IMG/VR virus record: IMGVR_UViG_3300031975_000839
Length of the DNA: 64,000 nucleotides
Strand: one strand, 5' to 3'
Origin: an uncultured virus (IMG/VR IMGVR_UViG_3300031975_000839)
Lineage: Duplodnaviria > Heunggongvirae > Uroviricota > Caudoviricetes
In this document: piece by piece, positions 9,944 to 19,655 of the stretch
Position numbering within the stretch: the first letter of the stretch is position 1
How the letters are laid out: every line of letters starts with the position of its first letter
The notes under the pieces: generated by a model
Database searches by the model: none
Told to the model about the DNA's origin: nothing
The model's input: the letters and a program-made list of their open reading frames with translations, nothing else
Translations under genes and position numbers: made by a program

Positions 9944-10048
9944 CTTTTATATATGCGTATACAGAGAATATTATAAAGAATGGTAACGATAAGAGAACAA
10001 ATACTGCAATGAGTATGTCTAAAAAACTACACCCACAACTAAATGAAG

Positions 10049-10585
10049 TCATTCTTCACCTGACGATTCTGGCCACATATCAACAATTGTTCCAATTACC
10101 CACCATGTTAGAAACAAGACAACTCCGAGTATACTAAAATATATTATGTTGGTAATTATATCCCTTTTCATGCGTTCTTTTTTATAAACAGCCTCTTCAC
10201 GCTCTCTTTTAATTCTTCTTCTAGCTTGTATCATCTCCTCATACATACCAGATGGATAATTACCCCAAGTTAACATATTTTTTAAGTCTCTCTCCATTTC
10301 TCTAATTTTTTTCTTATGCATCACATATTCAAGTGCTTCTTGCTCAACACTTTGTGGCGCAAATAATTTTTTAACACCACTTTCATTTGCTTTTTTCTTT
10401 TCAGCAGCTGCATGCTGATAATCTGCGACTGCACTAAACCACTTACCAATCTGGCTGGTAACATCTTCAACCTCTCGTCCAGCATTAACGAGTGCTTTAA
10501 TTCCTTTGAAGGCTGTAGTTGCAGCTGCAAATGCAGTTACTGGATCTATCAAATCTTGTCTCCGTATTTCATAACACAGCAACAC
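10049..10585 (-). CDS. hypothetical membrane protein
   Basis: DPVTAFAAA near the N-terminus, coiled coil, C-terminal TM helix; start uncertain. Confidence 0.6.
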   Translation of the reverse strand: MLLCYEIRRQDLIDPVTAFAAATTAFKGIKALVNAGREVEDVTSQIGKWFSAVADYQHAAAEKKKANESGVKKLFAPQSVEQEALEYVMHKKKIREMERDLKNMLTWGNYPSGMYEEMIQARRRIKREREEAVYKKERMKRDIITNIIYFSILGVVLFLTWWVIGTIVDMWPESSGEE

Positions 10586-10659
10586 GAAAACTTCAATTCA
10601 ATAGTTACTATTATTTAGGTAATATAACATGCACATTTTATGCACAATAAATAAACATT

Positions 10660-10923
10660 ATGGTATACTATATAACAATATTAATAATGTTTCTTGGTAG
10701 TGATAATGAAGAAATTCACAGATATGTTCAACATAAAGAACAATATTTATCATATTCAGAATGTGGATACTACTTAAATTCTGAACCTATGCAAGAATAT
10801 ATTCAAAAATCGTTAGAGAAACATTTGTGCAACAAATTTAAGGGAAATAAACCAACCTATAAAATTGTTGAGCAAGGCTGTATGACTAGGGATACATACA
10901 TAGACTATAACAATAATTTATAG
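10660..10923 (+). CDS. hypothetical protein
   Basis: 87-aa ORF in a short plus-strand unit. Confidence 0.55.
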   Translation: MVYYITILIMFLGSDNEEIHRYVQHKEQYLSYSECGYYLNSEPMQEYIQKSLEKHLCNKFKGNKPTYKIVEQGCMTRDTYIDYNNNL

Positions 10924-10940
10924 GAGTAAATAATACTACA

Positions 10941-11123
10941 ATGACAAATGATTTAGGTATGATGATAGAAGATGTAAAAATAGCTGTATTGCAAGAGGAA
11001 ATTAGTATTTTAAAAGGTAGATTAGAACCACAAGCTACTGGACATCTACATACAACTATTTCAGTTTTAGAAAATAGAATTAATGAAATGAAGGAAACAA
11101 TAAAACATGGCAAAAAGATTTAA
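10941..11123 (+). CDS. hypothetical protein
   Basis: AGGAG upstream; TGHLHTTISVLENRI. Confidence 0.6.
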   Translation: MTNDLGMMIEDVKIAVLQEEISILKGRLEPQATGHLHTTISVLENRINEMKETIKHGKKI

Positions 11124-11250
11124 AGAAACCTCAACTTTTGAAACTCAATCAAAGTATAAGAAGACCTCTATGGGAAAGAAGCCTTCTTTACAGATGATGA
11201 ATAAACATAAAAGGAGGCAGTTTAAACTTTATAGAGGTCAGGGACGATAA
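11107..11250 (+). CDS. small basic protein (47 aa), not in ORF track
   Basis: MAKRFKE...KKTSMG...MNKHKRRQFKLYRGQGR; AAGGA SD upstream; the YRGQG ending is familiar from small marine phage proteins. Confidence 0.7.
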   Translation: MAKRFKETSTFETQSKYKKTSMGKKPSLQMMNKHKRRQFKLYRGQGR

Positions 11251-11414
11251 GAAAATAAATTCATTTCCCTTTCTTTTTTCTCAAACTCTCTAATTTTATA
11301 CTCTGCTTCTGACACAGAGTTTACTTTACCAACAAATCTTTCTAATCTTTTGTTGTAAAGTTTTACATCTAGTGTTTGAAACCAGTCAAAAATATTAGTA
11401 AAAAATTTTTTCAT
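11238..11414 (-). CDS. small hypothetical protein (58 aa), not in ORF track
   Basis: MKKFFTNIFDWF...EAEYKIREFEKKE; coupled by an ATGA overlap to a 34-aa ORF at 11411-11515. Confidence 0.45.
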   Translation of the reverse strand: MKKFFTNIFDWFQTLDVKLYNKRLERFVGKVNSVSEAEYKIREFEKKEREMNLFSYRP

Positions 11415-11608
11415 AATCTTACACCTTCTCCACGATAGTAGCGTAGCCTCTGCAATGCAGACTTTTTTTGTGCTTGTAAAAGTGAAATATATATTTTTTT
11501 AAGTGTTCTGTACATTCTTTTCCCCTTTCTAATTATGGGAAAAGGCCTTTTCCTCTGTACACTATTATTTAGAAGATTTTCTAATTCCTAAAAGGAATAA
11601 TAATTATA

Positions 11609-11920
11609 CTAAACTGTAATGTCTACATTAATACCTTTAGCAACATTGTCTTTTATTTCAGTTGATTTGTTTATTACTTCTTTAAAATATTCTTTAGATT
11701 CTATTGCAGCCTGTTGTCTATCTTCAGCTACCTTGCTTAAAATCTTTTTTGATGATTTCATGTTTGTTAAAATATCTGCGTTAATACCTTGTGTTACATT
11801 TGATATACTACTCATTTTTTCAACTCCTAAAATAGAATTTTGATTTGTCAGTAAATTTAACTTATTTTGATAACGAACTCTATTTTCCTTTGAACTATTT
11901 ATATACAATTTGATTCTCAA
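11609..11920 (-). CDS. hypothetical protein (likely start at MSSISN)
   Basis: AGGAG before the internal Met; C-terminal KGINVDITV. Confidence 0.5.
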   Translation of the reverse strand: MRIKLYINSSKENRVRYQNKLNLLTNQNSILGVEKMSSISNVTQGINADILTNMKSSKKILSKVAEDRQQAAIESKEYFKEVINKSTEIKDNVAKGINVDITV

Positions 11921-12320
11921 CTAGTTTTCTGTTTGCTAAATGTTTGTTTGCAATTTCTTGTTTTGATTGCCCATGATACTCTACTGCATGATGGTTTATA
12001 ACCATTAACTCATTTAAAGTAGTTTCTATGTCAGCTAAAACAATTTTAAACTTTCCTAATATCCTACCAAACTTACCAGTTTTATCTTTCATAGTAATTA
12101 AGATTTGTTCACTTCCAATAGGTAACGCTTTCAAAACATACTCTTTTGCAAGTAATCCATATTTCTTTTCTTCTAAATCTCTTGTTCTTGATTCTGGTGT
12201 ATCAATTCCATATAATCTTATGCGTTCATTATGCATCCAAACACCAAACCCTAAATCAATATCAACATCAACTGTATCACCATCAACTACTTTTATTATT
12301 CTACATCTGTATTCATACAT
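11895..12320 (-). CDS. thermonuclease (SNase-like)
   Basis: MYEY...VVDGDTVDVDIDLGF, RIRLYGIDTPESRT, GKFGRILG. Confidence 0.9.
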   Translation of the reverse strand: MYEYRCRIIKVVDGDTVDVDIDLGFGVWMHNERIRLYGIDTPESRTRDLEEKKYGLLAKEYVLKALPIGSEQILITMKDKTGKFGRILGKFKIVLADIETTLNELMVINHHAVEYHGQSKQEIANKHLANRKLVENQIVYK

Positions 12321-12922
12321 TTTATTTTCCTTACTGTAAAACTTTGGTATGAACCTCTTGGCCAAAATTCAACCACTCTACCATAGTTTTTAAATCCCCA
12401 AGCTCTTGCGTGAAATTCATCTCTTGGTATTTCTGATTCTTTTATCTTATTATGTATATCATTAAATGGTATGTTAATATCTAAAAGTAATTGTCCAATC
12501 TTATTACCTTGTAAGTCATATTTTGTTTCTACTTTATTTTTAAAATTATAAATGTGTTCTAATTCTTTTGTATCTGGATTCCACTGCTTCCATGTTTGAT
12601 GATTATTAAACATATGTGCAGTTGTTTCCTCATAGTAATCCGTCATTTTTCCATCTTGAAACTTAAAATGATTATAATACTCATCTGAATATGTAAATGA
12701 TGCAAATCTTATTTCATCAACTAGGTAAACAGAGTGGCTATAAAATATTTTTTTAGATTGTATTAAATTACTTACACCACTAATTGAGCAATAGTCAGCG
12801 ACTTGCTGGAGTTCATTAATTACACTCTCATGTAAATCACTTTCTTTAACTGTAAAATTATTTCTAATTAAATTTCTTAATAAGAGTGGCTTTCTTATCT
12901 CATACTCAAACTTACACGACAT
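12296..12922 (-). CDS. hypothetical protein
   Basis: 208-aa ORF overlapping its neighbours. Confidence 0.6.
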   Translation of the reverse strand: MSCKFEYEIRKPLLLRNLIRNNFTVKESDLHESVINELQQVADYCSISGVSNLIQSKKIFYSHSVYLVDEIRFASFTYSDEYYNHFKFQDGKMTDYYEETTAHMFNNHQTWKQWNPDTKELEHIYNFKNKVETKYDLQGNKIGQLLLDINIPFNDIHNKIKESEIPRDEFHARAWGFKNYGRVVEFWPRGSYQSFTVRKIKCMNTDVE

Positions 12923-13220
12923 CTAATACTCTTACTGTGTTAGATGCTTTTTCCAAAACATCAAACTTACCATCTTTATATTCTTGAAGTCTTTTTATAA
13001 GATTTTTAAAATCAACTTCAACATTCTTGTAAATAAATCTATCAAATTCCTCTAGTGTCAAATCTTTTATTTCGTCTGGATAAAATCTGATACTTTGCAC
13101 ATTTGCATCATATGATGTCATTCCATCTGTCCAATATCTTACTGCAATTTCACATACTGAATAATCTATTTCAACAATTTTATATTTAAACCTACTCATA
13201 ATATTGTATTTGAACTCCAT
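12912..13220 (-). CDS. hypothetical protein
   Basis: 102-aa ORF. Confidence 0.55.
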   Translation of the reverse strand: MEFKYNIMSRFKYKIVEIDYSVCEIAVRYWTDGMTSYDANVQSIRFYPDEIKDLTLEEFDRFIYKNVEVDFKNLIKRLQEYKDGKFDVLEKASNTVRVLDVV

Positions 13221-14067
13221 TCTTTTCTTTAGTAACTAACTTCATACCAGTTTGCTCATCGTTTGTTACTTTAGTTTTCATTGCATCTTTTGGAATCTTT
13301 ACTTTTTCTTTTCTTTTTCTTTTTTGTTGCTCTTCTTTTAAGCTCATATTTGCGGCTATTAACATTAATACTGCAAGTGGATCAAAAACAAATATCAATA
13401 ATATAATTACATAACGAACTGCTTTGTCCAAGTAATTAACAGAATCACTTTCACCAAATATAAGTGCAGAAATATATTTGAGTGGCCCAACTTCTACTTC
13501 AAAACTTTTGATTTGTAATTGTATCTCTGCACGCTCATCTAAATATACATCAATCTTATCTTGAGATTCTTCTACTATTTGTGAAAGTTTATCTCTCTCT
13601 GGTTTTTGCTCATCTCGTTTTCTTAATCCTTTTGAAACTGCATCAAGTTCAATATATTTTTCAAGTGCAGAGTCTAACTTTTCTAATTGACTTTCTGCAC
13701 GACTAATATCTTTTTTTTCTGATTCTATATTACTGTCAAGTCTTTCTAACTTAACATATAATTCTGATGTGCCTGTTCCAGCGTCTATGTGTGATTTAGA
13801 TAGATAACCAAAGATACCCATACTTGTGATAAACATAAGAACTACGACTGCACTTGTCAAATAGTATTTAAGTAACTTTGGTATTTTTTTCCAATTTTGA
13901 TACAACCATGATGCTGTTGCAAGTTTACCAACTTCCAATACAGTTCCCATGATTGCGATTGAACTTGAAGCTGCAGAAAATATCGCCATCAAACCTACGA
14001 TACTATAAAATGCAGCTACTCCAGATATTGCAAGTGCAACACCTAAAACAATAAGTGCGAGTGTCAT
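13192..14067 (-). CDS. conserved membrane/coiled-coil protein
   Basis: Three N-terminal TMs, GIFGYLSKSH, coiled coil, EVGPLKY, IFVFDPLAV. Confidence 0.75.
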   Translation of the reverse strand: MTLALIVLGVALAISGVAAFYSIVGLMAIFSAASSSIAIMGTVLEVGKLATASWLYQNWKKIPKLLKYYLTSAVVVLMFITSMGIFGYLSKSHIDAGTGTSELYVKLERLDSNIESEKKDISRAESQLEKLDSALEKYIELDAVSKGLRKRDEQKPERDKLSQIVEESQDKIDVYLDERAEIQLQIKSFEVEVGPLKYISALIFGESDSVNYLDKAVRYVIILLIFVFDPLAVLMLIAANMSLKEEQQKRKRKEKVKIPKDAMKTKVTNDEQTGMKLVTKEKNGVQIQYYE

Positions 14068-14078
14068 AATTTATTACC

Positions 14079-14285
14079 TCAATTCAATAATGGTTTTTTA
14101 GATTTTCTCTCTAATTGTGCAACTACTGTTCCCCAATAGTTTTTACTCCAATCACTCTTACCATTTTGTAATGCAGAGTTAGCATTTCTTATGAGTTTTT
14201 CGTAATCTAAATTAATTTCATTTACGACTTTTTTAAAGTCTTTTTTTAATTCAGAAATTGGTTTTTTTTCATAAACCTTTTTCAT
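14079..14285 (-). CDS. hypothetical protein
   Basis: 68-aa ORF with W-x-x-x-Y-W. Confidence 0.55.
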   Translation of the reverse strand: MKKVYEKKPISELKKDFKKVVNEINLDYEKLIRNANSALQNGKSDWSKNYWGTVVAQLERKSKKPLLN

Positions 14286-14460
14286 TGATATAGTCCTCTG
14301 CAGCGTTTTGTGCTACTTGCTCTGTTAAGCATGAGTCCACTAAAACACCATCATGCATGACTTCATATCTTTGCCTTAAACCATTGAAAACTACTATTAC
14401 TTTATTAGTTTCAATTTCATTTCCATAAAATTCACTTAAAACTTTATAATTTTTATTCAT
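14269..14460 (-). CDS. hypothetical protein
   Basis: GGAGA SD; 63 aa. Confidence 0.6.
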   Translation of the reverse strand: MNKNYKVLSEFYGNEIETNKVIVVFNGLRQRYEVMHDGVLVDSCLTEQVAQNAAEDYINEKGL

Positions 14461-14560
14461 TTATTCTCCAAAAAAAGATTAAGGGTGGAGGTAGTGGAAC
14501 TTCCCCACTAATTTTGAGCCTTCTAGTTTTTGCTCTACCTCACCCTTATATCTAGGAAAA

Positions 14561-14842
14561 TTAAGACTTATACGCTTGTTCAACTCCAAGAACTGAAGCA
14601 ATACCAGCCGCAATAATTGCTTTGTTTGGTGAACCTAATCTAAATGCTACACCATTTGGTGTTTCATTACGATAGATTGCAAAGCCCTCTTTTCTAAGAG
14701 TGTGAATCATTGCAGTTGGTGATGCAAGGTCAAATCTCTTTCTAAGAGTTTTCCAAGTCACATTCTTGCCTTTAGTTAAAAGATTTAAAACCTTTTGTTT
14801 TTTAGTAAGCTTCTTAGCCATAATAATAATACTCCTTATCAA
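14561..14842 (-). CDS. small basic winged-HTH-like protein
   Basis: KQKVLNLL...SPTAMIHTLRKEGFAIY; likely start at MAKKLT after AGGAG. Confidence 0.65.
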   Translation of the reverse strand: MIRSIIIMAKKLTKKQKVLNLLTKGKNVTWKTLRKRFDLASPTAMIHTLRKEGFAIYRNETPNGVAFRLGSPNKAIIAAGIASVLGVEQAYKS

Positions 14843-14852
14843 TAAAGTTAAA

Positions 14853-14928
14853 TGGTGCTGGTAGTAAGACTTGAACTCACAACCTACGCATTACAAGTGC
14901 GTTGCTCTACCAATTGAGCTATACCAGC
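14853..14928 (-). tRNA. trnT: tRNA-Thr(TGT)
   Basis: GCTGGTA acceptor, D-arm GCTCAATTGGTAGAGC, anticodon loop CTTGTAA, TTCAAG T-loop, encoded CCA; 76 nt. Confidence 0.96.
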
Positions 14929-14934
14929 CTGTTA

Positions 14935-15153
14935 TCAGTGTGTTACCACTTCTGATTCGGTTTCAATCCAAACTCTTGCACCACAAGAGAGTGGTTTGTC
15001 AGGCGAGTAAACAACTTTACTCGGCCCTTTAATTTCTACTGCATTTGCATATGTGTTACTTTTATATGTCTTTACTGTCAATACTGGCTCTTTCTTTCCT
15101 TGTTTTTTATTGGAACGAATTATGTGCTGATTGACATGAATTTTAGTTTTCAT
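14935..15153 (-). CDS. conserved hypothetical phage protein
   Basis: IHVNQHIIR, YSPDKPLSCGARVWIET. Confidence 0.75.
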   Translation of the reverse strand: MKTKIHVNQHIIRSNKKQGKKEPVLTVKTYKSNTYANAVEIKGPSKVVYSPDKPLSCGARVWIETESEVVTH

Positions 15154-15410
15154 TTGTAAGTAAACCTGTCTTGTTTTGCTTGTTGATAATCTTCTAAACT
15201 ATCTATCATTAATAAAAACATGTCAAAAAATTGTTGCATCTTTGCGTATTCAGATTCCTCTGGAGTCTGTGGAACGCACAAAACACTTGCATTTTCATCT
15301 TGTTGCATAATCATTTGTTTAGCCTCAAGGCAATCTTCCATACTATTCATTGTAGTGCGAATTTCACCTGAAGATAAAGTTGCAGCTACTATCATTAATG
15401 CTTTAAACAT
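15150..15410 (-). CDS. hypothetical protein
   Basis: Overlapping ORF in a small-gene run. Confidence 0.55.
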   Translation of the reverse strand: MFKALMIVAATLSSGEIRTTMNSMEDCLEAKQMIMQQDENASVLCVPQTPEESEYAKMQQFFDMFLLMIDSLEDYQQAKQDRFTYK

Positions 15411-15615
15411 TTACTATTTCACCTTTTCCAATTATTACTAAATTACCAATGAAAGCATCTTCCCACGATTCTTTCTTACCTTTATAATACACAAATTCTT
15501 CACCATAGTCAAGGCCTTCTTTTGCCCACTTTAGTGCAACTTTTGGATCATCAAAAGTTTTTGATAATTTTTTATTGTTTAGTTTAGGATAAACTACATA
15601 TTTTTTTGAACTCAT
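15403..15615 (-). CDS. hypothetical protein
   Basis: Overlapping ORF, AGGAG SD. Confidence 0.55.
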   Translation of the reverse strand: MSSKKYVVYPKLNNKKLSKTFDDPKVALKWAKEGLDYGEEFVYYKGKKESWEDAFIGNLVIIGKGEIVNV

Positions 15616-15818
15616 TTGTTACATCTCCTTTGCATTTCTTCATCAGAGATATAGCCATCTGCATTTTTAAATTCTTCAGCTAACCTATCCCATTCATTTT
15701 GTTTTTCGTCAGGTGTCATTGCGTCCCAAGCATCTCTCATTTCTTTACTAGGTCTGAAGCCTAGTGAATCTTTATGGAAATCGCTGTATAAGTAATCTTC
15801 ATAAGTGTATGTTGTCAT
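15612..15818 (-). CDS. conserved hypothetical phage protein
   Basis: YSDFHKDSLGFRP motif, GGAG SD. Confidence 0.65.
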   Translation of the reverse strand: MTTYTYEDYLYSDFHKDSLGFRPSKEMRDAWDAMTPDEKQNEWDRLAEEFKNADGYISDEEMQRRCNK

Positions 15819-15901
15819 TTACACTCCCTCAGCAAATAAACCCACTATAAAAACATAGCAGCATAAGAAAAACATAAAAGTAAAAAATATATCTAATATC
15901 A

Positions 15902-16267
15902 TCATATAATCCTCTTTACGAGTGGAGTAGAATCCATATCAACCCATTCATATTTTTCGTTACCAACTAAAACTTGGTCACCATAAACTGTTGAACGAAC
16001 TGTATCTCCATTATCAAAAATTGGAACAACATTGTCATTATTCCACCAAGCGTCTTTTATGGACTGTGTTGCCATAAAAGCAATCTCTGCCTTCTGTTGC
16101 ACATTAAGGTCTTTTTCAACATAAACCATAGCTACTGTCTGTGGTTTACTTTTTCCAACTGTATGTATGACTGCGACTTGTTCCATTGTTGCGGCCATTA
16201 GATTTTTTTTCATAGTTTTATTCATAATCAATACAATAATAATAACAGATGTTAATGGGTTTGTCAA
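15902..16267 (-). CDS. hypothetical early protein (true start near 16225 or downstream)
   Basis: Downstream of a sigma70 promoter; TQSIKDAWW, RSTVYGD. Confidence 0.6.
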   Translation of the reverse strand: MTNPLTSVIIIVLIMNKTMKKNLMAATMEQVAVIHTVGKSKPQTVAMVYVEKDLNVQQKAEIAFMATQSIKDAWWNNDNVVPIFDNGDTVRSTVYGDQVLVGNEKYEWVDMDSTPLVKRII

Positions 16268-16308
16268 TACTTTTTTTAAAAAAAGATTCCTTTAAAATCA
16301 ATGACTTA
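16239..16308 (-). promoter_or_regulatory. sigma70 promoter with upstream IHF-consensus box
   Basis: TTGACA(16262-67)-17-TATTAT; AATCAATGACTTA at 16296-16308. Confidence 0.75.
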
Positions 16309-16614
16309 TCTCCTCATACTACTTAAATCTTTTGCATCATCATCTGAAAATATTGGAATTGCATTAGATTTGTGTAATGTTCCTATTCCCACCATTTTAC
16401 TGCCTGTATATGTTTTAGTCTTTTGTTTTGCACAAGATCCTGAAGTAGTAGAGAGTGATGGTATATTTTCATCTTTTCTCCTATATGTAGTCGTAACAGT
16501 CATAAAGCTAGAAAATGTGGATTTACCACTCATTTGTTTTCTATATGATTTTGGTGTAGGATTAGAAACCTTTTTCTTCTTTCTTTTAAAAGAAGTAGGT
16601 GTGTACAATATCAT
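16306..16614 (-). CDS. conserved hypothetical basic protein
   Basis: YTGSKMVGIGTLHKSNAIPIF. Confidence 0.7.
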   Translation of the reverse strand: MILYTPTSFKRKKKKVSNPTPKSYRKQMSGKSTFSSFMTVTTTYRRKDENIPSLSTTSGSCAKQKTKTYTGSKMVGIGTLHKSNAIPIFSDDDAKDLSSMRR

Positions 16615-16790
16615 TATTGAGTGTCCTCAAAAAATGGATCTTTACTTGAACGATATTTGTCCTCAATTAAATACCCAAGTAATCTCTCAAAATCTTCAGC
16701 TGTCTTAAGTGAAGAATTAACTATCATTTTTGCAATCATTGTTAAAAGTTTATTTTTCATAATATATCTCAATTAATTAATACAGTATCA

Positions 16791-16892
16791 ATAATACAGA
16801 ATTACATTTATTTTGTCAAGTTTATACGCAAAAAAAAACCCTTGAAAATCAAGGGTTTATATATTTTTTTCTCCTTTAAAATCAAAGACTTA
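16791..16892 (-). promoter_or_regulatory. sigma70 promoter with two IHF-consensus boxes
   Basis: TTGACA(16814-19)-17-TATTAT; AATCAAGGGTTTA 16847-59 (inside an inverted repeat) and AATCAAAGACTTA 16880-92. Confidence 0.7.
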
Positions 16893-17552
16893 TCTTTTCT
16901 TTTTTTCTAACTCATTTCTAATCCATTGTAAACCTCTTTGATTTTGCACTTTTTTATTTGCAAGGGATTTAACTCTTTTAAATACTTGAAACATCATATC
17001 TTCATCAACATCATTATTATCTACTATGATGAAGTTACCTTTAAAAAAGTTACTAAACTTACCAATGTTTCTCTGTACCTCATTCCAAGATTTCACTGCT
17101 ATGGATTCTGGAACAGATCTATCTCTTTTTTTATTTCTTTGTAGTGCAACATCAAGTGATGTATTTACAAATATCATGTGAGTATCATACCCTAAACTTT
17201 CTAGCTCACGAGCCTGATATGCAATTTTGTCAAAGTCCTTACCAGTTCCATCAATGATAAGTCCTAAACGCCCAATCAAATAATTCTTTTGTTGTAATTT
17301 AGTTAACTCTTTTGCTCTTGCACGAACAACATCTCTTGGTTGTTGCTCTTCTGGTGGCATCTTTGCACTTAACCCAGCTTGCTTGAGAAGTCTCTCAAAA
17401 TGTATATCTGAGTTTATTATCCTCATTCCTAATCCACCAGTTGCTTGCCTTACAACATATGATTTACCACTACCTGGCCCACCAGCTAGAAAAAATGCTT
17501 TAAGAATATTGGGATCGTAAACTCCTTCTTGAATCTGTGTAAATGTTTTCAT
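16890..17552 (-). CDS. P-loop kinase (polynucleotide kinase/zeta-like)
   Basis: LAGGPGSGKS, INSD, IIDGT, ALQRNKKRDRSVP. Confidence 0.8.
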   Translation of the reverse strand: MKTFTQIQEGVYDPNILKAFFLAGGPGSGKSYVVRQATGGLGMRIINSDIHFERLLKQAGLSAKMPPEEQQPRDVVRARAKELTKLQQKNYLIGRLGLIIDGTGKDFDKIAYQARELESLGYDTHMIFVNTSLDVALQRNKKRDRSVPESIAVKSWNEVQRNIGKFSNFFKGNFIIVDNNDVDEDMMFQVFKRVKSLANKKVQNQRGLQWIRNELEKKKR

Positions 17553-17717
17553 ACGAATTTTCTATAAGTTTTTCATGTTTAACTTTCGTTGGGTCAATTC
17601 TCCTTTGTCCTAAAAAATTCATTTTCTTCAATTTTTGTTTCGTTTTATTAGTCATAAATTACCTTTCTTTTAAGAATTGTTTACATGATATATTTCTTAT
17701 AGTTTTTCTCCTTTCTC

Positions 17718-19136
17718 TTACATTGCGCCATAATCGTCACCACCATCTAATTCAGTTGTGAATCCACTACTCTTTACTGGTTGCTCCAAATCACCATCTG
17801 GTAATGGTATTCTAAATGAATCTTTTGTTATCTCCATTGCAACTTCATGTTTAACCTCTGGTGCCCGATAAAATGTGTGCCTTAGTTTTTTAATTAAAAA
17901 TTTACCTGATATGAAATCATTTTCAGCACCCTTGCCATGGTCGTTTCCAACTGTTGGTACAGAAAAATTAATCATATCTCCTACTTTCATTTCGGTGTGT
18001 CCAGCTACCTTTATTCTATAACTTACAGTTCCTATCATTTCTGCAAACTTTGCTCTCCTATGTAACAAATTTTTGCCTGTTGTTAAATTACTTGATATAC
18101 CCTCTGTGTTTTCCTCTGAATCACTTGTATTTCTTGAAAAAAATTTATTAATTGTATCTCCTGACCTAGAGTTCAAGTATATTTTTGAATTTCTAAAATC
18201 ACCAACTGTCCTACCTTGATAATCTATTTGTGTATCTGAATATATAGGATTTTCTTCTACTCTAGGATAGTTATCAAAATAACCAAAACTATACCTATCA
18301 TATGTTTTTTTATATATATCGTGAGTTGTTAGAGTTGACCCTAGCATACCAGATACTATATTTTGTAACATGTCAACATTACCAACTCTTTCAAATGATA
18401 TAACTCTTTTAAAATCTTCCATTTCTTGTTCTTTTCTATCAATTGTTCCAACATCTCCTCCATGATAATCACCTTGAGTTTCTTGTGAAAACAAATTAGA
18501 TATTGATTTAAAATGAAATCCTTTTGTATTTTCATAGAATAAGAAATAATTTAAACCATCAGTTATATCATTAGTCGCTTCAGTTTCACTTGTAACCATA
18601 TCTACTAAATCAAAAGGGTGAATGTTTGGTGAGATTATTCTCATATTCCCTTTTGATTTTTCTAAAAATAAATTTTTTCTACTGTCAAGATATAGATTGT
18701 TTCGCAATACATCTTTAATAATATCATTCATAGATGTAACATAACTTTTACTTACTCTCATTCTTTGATTTGTTAAAGCCTCTGGTGATATTAAGCTTAA
18801 CTCAACTAACTGTGATCCTCTTGATGCGTCAATAACTTGTCCAACCCTATAAACTGATAATACATTTTCTGTGTAATCTATTGCATCTGTATTGGAAACG
18901 CCTGGAGTTTTTATTTTTAATCTTAAATATTCTTGCCCAGTAAGTGGTAAATTTACTAACAAATTATTTGTATCAACAATTGTTAAACTTCCAGACAGAG
19001 TGTGAGTAAATATACTTTCAAATAAGTCTATTTGCACATAATTATTAACTAAATCAATATTACCATTGAGTGTTATTAATTCTAATGTTTCAAGTTTATA
19101 TTCACCAGAATACTGGATTTGATTATCTGTGGCCAT
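17718..19136 (-). CDS. putative baseplate hub protein (gp27-like)
   Basis: Follows gp53; FLFYEN, GFHFKS, ISGKFLIKKLRH. Confidence 0.65.
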   Translation of the reverse strand: MATDNQIQYSGEYKLETLELITLNGNIDLVNNYVQIDLFESIFTHTLSGSLTIVDTNNLLVNLPLTGQEYLRLKIKTPGVSNTDAIDYTENVLSVYRVGQVIDASRGSQLVELSLISPEALTNQRMRVSKSYVTSMNDIIKDVLRNNLYLDSRKNLFLEKSKGNMRIISPNIHPFDLVDMVTSETEATNDITDGLNYFLFYENTKGFHFKSISNLFSQETQGDYHGGDVGTIDRKEQEMEDFKRVISFERVGNVDMLQNIVSGMLGSTLTTHDIYKKTYDRYSFGYFDNYPRVEENPIYSDTQIDYQGRTVGDFRNSKIYLNSRSGDTINKFFSRNTSDSEENTEGISSNLTTGKNLLHRRAKFAEMIGTVSYRIKVAGHTEMKVGDMINFSVPTVGNDHGKGAENDFISGKFLIKKLRHTFYRAPEVKHEVAMEITKDSFRIPLPDGDLEQPVKSSGFTTELDGGDDYGAM

Positions 19137-19646
19137 TTATATAATTGATTCTTTCATTAACTCTTTAAATTCTGTAACAAAATCATCAGTAAATCTTGGG
19201 TCTAACAATCTAATTTTTCTTTTTTCATCTTGCTCATTTACCTCATACTCATAGTTTGTTATTGCAGTTGCAGTTGGATAGTCTGTGTTGTCTGCTCCAA
19301 TATCTATTTTAACAGATGTATCACCAGATGATTGTTCAATTTCATAATGATGTATTGCAGATGGGTTTGAGTATTTTTCGTTTACATAATCAAGAAACTG
19401 ATTTCCAGACATTGGCCACTCATGGTATCTGTCCACGATATTATTAACTAACATTATTATCCAATGTAACTGTGAGTCACCATATAATTTATCTGCAATT
19501 ATTTCTGGTGTTTCACCCTCTTTTACATCATATGTATCAAAAAATAGTGTATTAGTTTTTACTTTAGACCTAATTGCAACTCGTCTAAGTAAATTAGTTA
19601 CATCTTTTTTCTTATAAGTGATTACTGGAAAGTTTTCAAAATACAT
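19137..19646 (-). CDS. 53: baseplate wedge protein gp53
   Basis: YFENFP, GETPEIIADKLYGDSQLHWII, EWPM, NEQDEKRKIRLL. Confidence 0.92.
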   Translation of the reverse strand: MYFENFPVITYKKKDVTNLLRRVAIRSKVKTNTLFFDTYDVKEGETPEIIADKLYGDSQLHWIIMLVNNIVDRYHEWPMSGNQFLDYVNEKYSNPSAIHHYEIEQSSGDTSVKIDIGADNTDYPTATAITNYEYEVNEQDEKRKIRLLDPRFTDDFVTEFKELMKESII

Positions 19647-19655
19647 CAGCTATCC

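Noticed and set aside
16890..17552. Zeta toxin of a toxin-antitoxin pair
   Set aside because: No evident antitoxin; the late context and capsid-targeting-like leader fit a phage kinase better. Not fully excluded.
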